64,000 nucleotides of DNA. Source: the human T2T-CHM13v2.0 reference genome, Homo sapiens. Position 1 is the first letter of the stretch. Every line of letters starts with the position of its first letter. Position numbers and translations under genes: made by a program. The stretch lies in the NCBI RefSeq assembly GCF_009914755.1, contig NC_060927.1. One strand, given 5' to 3'. Below the pieces are notes generated by a model. It was not told the DNA's origin and did no database searches. It was given only the letters and a program-made list of their open reading frames with translations. Below are positions 50,089 to 64,000 of this stretch, piece by piece.

Positions 50089-50869
50089 GTAAGGCTCAGT
50101 CTGTTTGAAAGTCATTTGCTTCTTAATTTTTACTGCATAAAATATAATGTAAATCTGAATGTTTTTTGCTTTGTTACTCTTCATTCTGATCTATTAAAAT
50201 GAAATTCTGCCTTTTGCTGTCTATCTCTCTGTGTATATATCTTGGGCAAAAATAAATGAAGAAATGTAAAATCAAGGTATTTAAATAATAAATGAATTCT
50301 TCAAAATAGCTCTCATTTTCCATCTGGACTATTCACTTGATCAAAGAAAATAAAAACTTGTTTATTTGTTGCCTTAAAGGCAAGGTGATTGCTTAAATAA
50401 ATGTTTTTGGCCACCTCTTAGTTAAATGGATCAACTTCAGAAACTCTTGGAAATAAGGCTTAGAGTTTTCTATTTCTTTAGAAAAAGTCTGAGAGAAGAA
50501 ATGTCTGGTACAATGGGAAGAGCTTGGTTTTTGGAGTCTTCCCACTTTTTCTTGCTCAATTTTTGACCCTTGATAAGCTGTTAACCTCTCTGAGCTTTGG
50601 TTTGGTTTTGTTTTTCCATCTGTAAAATGGGCCTAATACAGCCTTCTTTGCAGATTGCATCGAGGACTGGAGATGAGGGCCTCAAGCTTTGAGGGTGGTC
50701 AGTGCTGGTTGTCAGTAGTAGTTAATGTGTATTATTATATAGGACCTCTAATCTCAGTAGTATTAATAGTAGGAATGTGGCTGGGTACTGTGGTGCTGTG
50801 CAGGATTCAAGTTTCCTTGTCTGGTGAGGAAGGCAGCTGTCTGCACCTGTTGGCACTCTGGACAGGTGA

Positions 50870-51106
<237 letters not shown>

Positions 51107-51885
51107 TAGCCAGGATGGTCTCGATCTACTGACCTCGTGATCCGCCCGTCTTGGCCTCCCAAAGTGCTGGGGTTACAGGTGTGAGCCACCGCGCCTGGCC
51201 AAGGTTGTCTTTATTCAGTGCCGGTAGGCAGGAGTCCACACTATAAAGTCCAAGGTCATTCCTGGCAGTAGAAGGTTTTTTCCTGACAGTTTGTATGGGG
51301 AAGCCAGGAGGTAACTGTTTGGCATGTTCTTGTTTGGAAACAGCGGGCTCTCCCATTGATAGAACACTAAAGTATACCAGGCAGCATTGTGTTCTATATG
51401 GCCCCTGATCAGGACATTTCTCTGGCATTCTTCTGCTGGCACCAGAGACCTGGCTTTGGTGTTTTTGCCAGGAATTCTCCAGATGCAGGAGAGATTTGTC
51501 ATTTTCTTTAATTGGGGCTACTTTGGTAAAATCTAGCACTCTGTTCAGGCATGTTTTTGATGAACAGACTTAGTTATAGAACTTTCAGTTTTATTTTTTC
51601 CCAATAAGACAGGAAAAAAAAAAAGTCCCACTAATATTCAAGAGAAAAATAAGTAGAGGCCAGAAGTGACTTGAAATAACTGGTCTCTAATTTCTTGCAG
51701 TCTTGCTGTAGTCAAATGCCCCCTCCATTCTGCTGGTCTTTAATTCCAGATAAGAGTAAGTAATGGCCAGGCGCGGTGGCTCACGCCTGTAATGCCAGCA
51801 CTTTGGCAGGCCAAGGCGGGCGGATCACCTGAGGTTGGGAGTTCGAGACCAGCCTGACCAACATGGAGAAACCCTGTCTCTACTA

Positions 51886-52044
<159 letters not shown>

Positions 52045-52109
52045 TCAAAAAAAAAAAAAAAAAAAGAGTAAATAATACACCTCTGGTCTCTAACATCTAG
52101 ACCCTGGCC

Positions 52110-52640
52110 TGTCTCTGCTTCAGCATCTCATAAGGACCTTTATGACCTGGCCCCTTCTTTATCTTCCTTTCTAGTTTTTCCTCTGCCACATTTACTCTGG
52201 CACGTGAGGCTCAGTTATAGTGAACTCCTTGAAGGTCCCAGCATTCTTAGCTATTCCTTCTGTGATATTTTGCTCTCTATTCTACAGCTTGGCCGACTCT
52301 AAGGCTTGAACCAGGAGTTCGGGCACCACCTTCTCTTAATAAAAGCCTTCCTTGATTGCCTCCAGGTTAAGCAGAATGCCTCTCTTCTGTATGACATTGG
52401 AGTCTGTGCAAGCTTTTATAATCATACTGTCCTGCTAAGTTTTGGTATTTTTAAAAAAAATTATTTATATATTTTTTCCTCAAATTCCTTTTTACCATGT
52501 TTTGGTGTTTTTTTTGTGTTTCCCATACCTAGTTTATTACCTACTTCAAGGCAGGAGCTTGTCTTGTTTATATCCCAGCACCTGACCATTTCTGGCACAG
52601 TGTAGCTACTTGGCAAATGTTTGTTGAGTGAACAAATGAA
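52110..52640 (+). mobile_element. L2 3' fragment
   Basis: ggcaggagcttgtcttgtttatatcccagcacctgacc..tggcacagtgtag..aaatgtttgttgagtgaa. Confidence 0.65.
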
Positions 52641-53048
52641 TAACCTTTGCTTATGAAATAACAGGAAATCATTCACTGTGGAACTAGTGGTGTGATGAGA
52701 GTTCTGACTTCATGGCTGCCTCTGATCCTGGCTGAAGCAGTATCTCTGCTTTTGTTTTTCCAGGTTGCTAAAGGCAACACTTTGTTGTGAGAATGTGTTG
52801 CTTATTCATTTGTTCATAATTTTGAGGCTGGAGGGCTATTACTTGCTTTTTTGGGTCTTGCAAACATTTCATTTGGGAGTAAATGTGACAGTTCTTCATT
52901 GGTATTGTCTGATCTTCTGCAGGCCATTTACTGCTCTGAGTGCTTTGTCTTCATATGTAAAGAAGTGATTAGTTGGTTTGGGCCACAGGGTATCTAGACA
53001 ACTAACTACTGATAAGCCACCACCTGCTGGGAATGGGTAATGACTTGA

Positions 53049-53348
<300 letters not shown>

Positions 53349-53606
53349 TAATGGATTTAACACTAGGATATTGTGAATTTTGCTGCCTGGTTGGCCTTTT
53401 GGAGACCCATCTGAGCTCAGTGTCACCATATACAGGAAATAACGATTATTTGAGCAAACTTTATTCAGGAGTTAGAATTCAGTGACTATAAAATTATCTG
53501 TATCCGTTTTCTGCTCAGTCTAATACTGTACTAATTCTGAAGTGTCTGGAGCTGTATGTTCTGAGTTATTTACCTAGAAGTTACAGAATTGTGCCAATTT
53601 ATTTAG

Positions 53607-53753
<147 letters not shown>

Positions 53754-54416
53754 TGAGCAGCTGGGATTACAGGCGCGTGCCACCACGCCTGGCTAGTTTT
53801 TGTATTTTTAGTAGAGTCAGGGTTTTACCATGTTGGTCAGTCTGATCTTGAACTCGTGACCTTGTGATCCACCTGCCTCTGCTTCCCAAAGTGCTGGGAT
53901 TACAGGCGTGAGCCATGATGCCTGGCCACCCTCCTGGATCTTGGTAGTAAAATAACTTGAGTATACTACCTAAATTACTTTGAATTAGTTTTTTTAAGAT
54001 TTTTTTTAAATTTTTAATTTTTTTTTGTTTTGAGACAGAGTCTCTCTCTGTCACCCATGCTAGAGTAAGTACAGTGGCATGATCATAGCTCACTGTAGCC
54101 TTGACCTCTCAGGCTCGAGCAATCCTTTCACCTCAGCTTCTTGAGTAGCTGGGAGTACAGGCATGCATGACCTTGCCTGGCTAATTTTTATATTTTTTGT
54201 AGAGGCAGGGGTCCCACTATGTTGCGCAGGCTGGTCTCAAACTCTTGGGCTCAAGTGATCCTTCTGCGTTGGCCTCCCAATCAAATTAGTTTTTATGGGT
54301 GATTAGACTGCATAGAAATCCCTACTGAAGGCTGGGTGTTAGGAAGGTTATCAAAGCCTACATCAATTCTTTTTTTTTTTTTTTTTTTTTTTTGGAGATG
54401 GCGTCTCACTCTGTAG

Positions 54417-54701
<285 letters not shown>

Positions 54702-54967
54702 TGACAAAATAGCAGACTGCAAAAAATAAAAGCATGAAAAGTAACTGTAGTTAGGTTAAAGATAAAAGTTGATATCAGATAAAAAGGAAAACTGAAGGCC
54801 AGGCACTGTGGCTCACGCCTGTAATCCCAGCACCTTAGGAGGCTGAGGCGGGCGGATCACCTGATGTCGGAAGTTTGAGACCAGCCTGATCAACATGGAG
54901 AAACCCCATCTCTACTAAAAGTACAAAATTAGCTGGGTGTGGTGGCACATGCCTGTAATCTCAGCTA

Positions 54968-55618
<651 letters not shown>

Positions 55619-56314
55619 CTACAAAAAAATTAAATAAAAATTAGCTGGGCAAGGTGACACACACCTAGAAGTTATGGACCACATCTGAGCTACCAGTCTC
55701 CCAGTTAGGAGATCGAGGCGGGACGATTGCCTGAACTCCAGAGATAGAGGCTGGAGTGAGCTGTAATTGTGCCACTATCCTCCAGCCTGGGCGACAGAGT
55801 AAGACTCTGCCTCAAAAAAAAAAAAGGAAGATGTTATAATATAGATTGAAAGCAATACAAACAGAAAATTTCAGCCAGTGGAGGCACATTGGAGGTACTA
55901 ACATGTGCTTATGGTTTTATAGTACCATCAATAGTAGGCGGAAATGAAAAATGTTTGCTTTACTGTGATAAGCATACTTTGCGTATGTATGATGTTGTAG
56001 TTTATAAAACACTTTTTTTTTTTTTTTTTTTACATTTGAGACAGGGTCTGACTCTGTCACCCAGACTGGAGTGCAGTGGCATGATCTCAGCTCACTGCAG
56101 CTTCCACCTCCTGGGTTCAAGTCATCCTCCCTCCTCAGCCTCTTGAGTAGCTAGGACTAATGGCATGTGCCACTGTGCCCAGCTAATTTTTGTATTTTTT
56201 GGAGAGAGAGGGTTTTGCCATGTTACCCAGGCTAGTTTCGAACTCCTGAGCTCAAGCGATTCACCCGCCTTGGCCTCACCAAGTGCGGGGATTACAGACG
56301 TGCCCAGCCTATAA

Positions 56315-57100
<786 letters not shown>

Positions 57101-57219
57101 GCCCTTTTTATGTCCTCATAAGATATTGTTAGGGCTTCAGTTTGGGATGACAGTCACCCCTTATTTCAGGCTGCTGGCCAATAGAGGATACACACAAGGA
57201 AGATAGTCCTACACAGTGA

Positions 57220-57610
<391 letters not shown>

Positions 57611-57887
57611 TAGTAGAGATGGGGTTTTGCCATTTGGCCAGGCTGGTCTCAAACTCCTGGACCTCAGGTGATCCATCTGCTTTGGACCCTGAAAGTGCTG
57701 GGATTACAGGCGTGAACCACCACTCCCGGCCTAGCAGCCCAGTAACTCTGGAAGAGCTGGCTGCTGGAGGAACCTAGAGAGCTCTACTCTCTTTACAGAT
57801 TGCTTAGTGGTCAGGAGACAAATCCAGAGCCAGGTGGACATAGTTCGGCAATTGAGGCCCATGAAACAAGTAGGAGTCTTTCTCCTA

Positions 57888-58313
<426 letters not shown>

Positions 58314-59270
58314 CTATCTCTTCATTTTTCTTTCCCTGTGTTTCACCTACCTCCCCTACTAGCTTGGCTCTGGTTGGTCATGGTCCACAATTCCAGTATT
58401 CCTTCCCCAGGTATTAGAACCCTTTGCTTCCCTGACTTTGTGCCCTGCCGGCTATGCTAGTTGCTGTCTCTGAATTCTCTTGCCTGGCTGCTTTTCACTG
58501 CCCCTAGGGTGCCCATTCCCAGTGTTTCTGGACAGTCAGGAAAATGAGCTGTCTTGGTTGCTGGTAGTTCCCACTGCCTCACTTGAGCTGATCGCTCTCT
58601 GCCCCTCAGGGTGCTCCTGTGCTGCCTCCTAAGGGTCCCATTTCCTATAGCAGCTGTTTACATGTTTCCCAAAGGTGCCTTTCCCCCAGGCTCTGGACCA
58701 GTGACCTCATTTTAGGGCTTGTGCTCTCAAATATTTTCCCCATTGTTTCTGTCACCATACTTTCGTCATCCAGTCTGTTGCTCTTAGAAAGTCCTTGACC
58801 TTTTTTCCCTGGTTACATAAACAATGTATGAGTACAGTAAAATTCAGGCATTTTTAAATAGGGAAAGGAAACCATAATTCCATATCTCATTATTAACTAC
58901 CATTAAGAATTTAGGCCTGCTGGGTGTGGTGGTTTAATGCCTGTAATCCCAACACTTTGGGAGGCCAAGGTAGGTGGATTGCTTAAGTCCGGGATTTCGA
59001 GACCCGCCTGGGCAACATAGGGAGGCTCTATAGCTGAGTGTGGTGGTGCGCCCCTGTTTTCCCAGCTACTCAGGAGGCTGAGGTGGGAGGATTGCCTGAC
59101 CCTGGGAGGTAGAGGATGCAGTGAGCTGCAATTGTGCCACTGCACTCGGGCCCAGGGCAACACAGTAAGATCCTGTCTCTAAAAATAAGTAAATAAAGTC
59201 CAGGCACGGTGGCTTACACATGTAATCCCAGCATTTTGGTTTGGGAGGCTGAGGTAGGCAGATCATTTTA

Positions 59271-59468
<198 letters not shown>

Positions 59469-59925
59469 TCATACTAACAAATTTGTGTACGTGTGTAAGA
59501 GAAAGTAATTCCTTTGTACAGAAATGGGGTTATAGTCTATCTACCTTTCTGTGACTTTTTTTTTTTCATTTAATCTTTTTTTGTTGTTGAGACAAGGTCT
59601 CAGTCTGTCACCTAGGCTGGAATGCAGTGGCATGATGATAGCTCTTTGTAGCCTTGACCTCCCAGGCTCAAGCAGTCCACCTGCCTCAGTCTCCTGAGTA
59701 GCTGGGGCCACAGGTGCATGCCACCATGCCCAGCTAATTTTTGTATTCTTTGTAGAGATGGGGTTTTTCTATGTTTCCCAGGCTGGTCTTGAACTCCTGG
59801 GCTCAAGTGATCTGCCTGTGTCGGCCTCCCAAAGTGCTGAGATTACAGGCATGAGCCATCATGCCTGGCCTAATTTAATTTTTTTTTTTTTTAGGTGGAG
59901 TCTCACTTTGTCATCCAGGCTATAG

Positions 59926-60416
<491 letters not shown>

Positions 60417-60581
60417 TGACCTCGTGATCTGCCCTCTTCAGCCTCCCAAAGTGCTGGGATTATAGGCGTGAGCCACCACGCCCAGCCTAGGATACATTTC
60501 TGTAAGTATAAGTATTTCTACAAAGGTTTTGACACAGAAATTCTACTTATAGAAATGTATGCATGTTTAAAATTTTGTTAG

Positions 60582-60905
<324 letters not shown>

Positions 60906-60999
60906 TAGCCAGGATGTTCTCCATCTCCTGACCTCATGATCCACCTGCCTCGGCTTCCCAAAGTGTTGGGATTACAGGTGTGAGCCACTGCGCCTGGCC

Positions 61000-61031
<32 letters not shown>

Positions 61032-61453
61032 AGGGTCTGACTCTTGCTCAGGTTGGAGTGCAGTGGCACGATGATCATAGCTCACTGCAACCTCTGTCTC
61101 CTGGGCTCAAGTGATCCTCCCACCTCAGCCTCCTGAGGTAGCTGGGATTACAGGCGCTTACTACCATGTCCATTTTTTGTAGAGATGAAGTCTCACTATG
61201 TTGCCCAGGCTGATTTTGAACCTCTGGGCTCAAACAGTCCTCCCCACTTGGCCTCCCCAAGTGTTGGGATTACAGGTGTGAGCTACCATGCGTGGCTGGG
61301 AATCAACATTTTGAATCTTTGTCAATTTGAAGCCTAGGTAACTAATTTTTATTTACATTTATTTATTGAAGAGGATGAGCATCTTTTCATGTGTTTATTT
61401 CATGTATGTATTTATTTCTTGTCCTTTGTCAACTTTTTGGCTGATTTAATTAA

Positions 61454-61750
<297 letters not shown>

Positions 61751-61861
61751 TGATCCACCCGCCTCCGCCTCCCAAAGTGCTGGGATTACAGGCGTGAGCC
61801 ACTGCACCCAGCTTAACTTTGGTTTTAATAATAATAATCATAGCAGCTCACATACTGTATA

Positions 61862-62960
<1,099 letters not shown>

Positions 62961-62994
62961 TCAATAAATAAATAAATAAATAAATAAATGACAG

Positions 62995-63768
62995 ATGACG
63001 AAATAAAAATATTTTACCCAAAATACATTTCTTTGCTATATTTTGAAATCTGCAAAGCCATCGTTTGTGGTGGAAAATTTGCATCTGTAAAGAATCTCTA
63101 TAAACACAACTGGATCTTTTCCCTTCCAGGCCCTCCCAGTCCTGAAGAGATTACCTGAGAGTCTAGTACCTTTTAAAGGTCTGACTAGGAAACATTTGCC
63201 ACCTTTAAGACTTCATCTACATAATAAGAACCTTGGTCTCCACCATCCCTTCTCTTAACTCAGACCCTCATTTCTTTTCTTTTCTTTTCTTTTTTTTTGA
63301 GACAAGGTCTCCCTTTGTCTACCAGGCTAGAGTGCAGTGGTGCGACCTCTGCTTACTGCAGCCTCTGCCTCCCAGGTTCAAGCGATTCTCTTGCTGCAGC
63401 CTTCTAAGTAGCTGGGATGAAAGGTGTGTGCCACCATGCCTGGCTAATTTTTGTATTTTTTATAGTAAAAGGGTTTTGCCATGTTGACCAGGCTGGTCTC
63501 AAACTCCTGGCCTCAAGTGACCCGCCCACATCGGCCTCCCAAATGCTGGGATTACAGGTGTGAGCCATTGTGGTGGCCCCAGACACTCCTTTCTATTGAT
63601 TCCAGATTTTTAGATGATAACCAATTGCCAATCAGAAAATCTTTAATCTGTGATATGTAAAGCCTCTCCCCTCCCCCACTGTAGTTGACCCACCTTTCTG
63701 GACAGAACAGATGTATACTTCACAGATACTGAGATGATGTTATATGTTTCCCTAAAATACATAAAACT
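62995..63768 (+). mobile_element. MER34-family LTR, Alu-interrupted
   Basis: aaatattttacccaaaatacatttctttg..gaaaatttgcatctgtaaagaatctct..aaccaattgccaatcagaaaatcttt. Confidence 0.8.
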
Positions 63769-64000
63769 GGCCAGGCATGGTGGCTCACACCTGTAATCCC
63801 AGCACTCTGAAAGGCCAAAGTGGGCAGATCACCTGAGGTCAGGAGTTGGAGACCAGCATGGCCAATATGGTGAAACCCTGTCTCTACAAAAAATACAAAA
63901 ATTAGCCAGGCATGGTGGCACACATGTCTACTGAAAATAGAAAAATTAGCCAGGCGTGGTGTTGCACACCTGTAATCCCAGCTACTTGGAGGCTGAGGTG

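Overview
Primate (almost certainly human) Alu-saturated DNA with no protein-coding exon. Two CpG-island promoters about 38.7 kb apart point away from each other. The minus-strand gene has non-coding exon 1 (~8456-8315) and a 47-nt MIR-derived exon 2 (5221-5175). The plus-strand gene has non-coding exon 1 (~47157-47353) and a 62-nt exon 2 (50027-50088). Spacing and exon structure match my recollection of DCAF1 (VPRBP) and RAD54L2 at 3p21.2; this is from memory, not a database search. The most distinctive element is a defective minus-strand HERV-Fb/HERVH48 provirus (~38720-42546): one intact MER48-type LTR, a tRNA-Phe PBS, a deletion of gag-pro-RT, RNase H and integrase relics, and an env that is a disabled paralogue of suppressyn (ERVH48-1) continuing past the suppressyn stop. 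Other elements are L1M fragments, Tigger1, a Tigger2-family element, MER5A, MST and MER34 LTRs, MIR/L2 and microsatellites. Unexplained exon-like segments occur at 14-26 kb (minus), 44.2 kb (plus) and 48.5 kb (plus). Almost all ORF-track entries are Alu or GC-rich artefacts.
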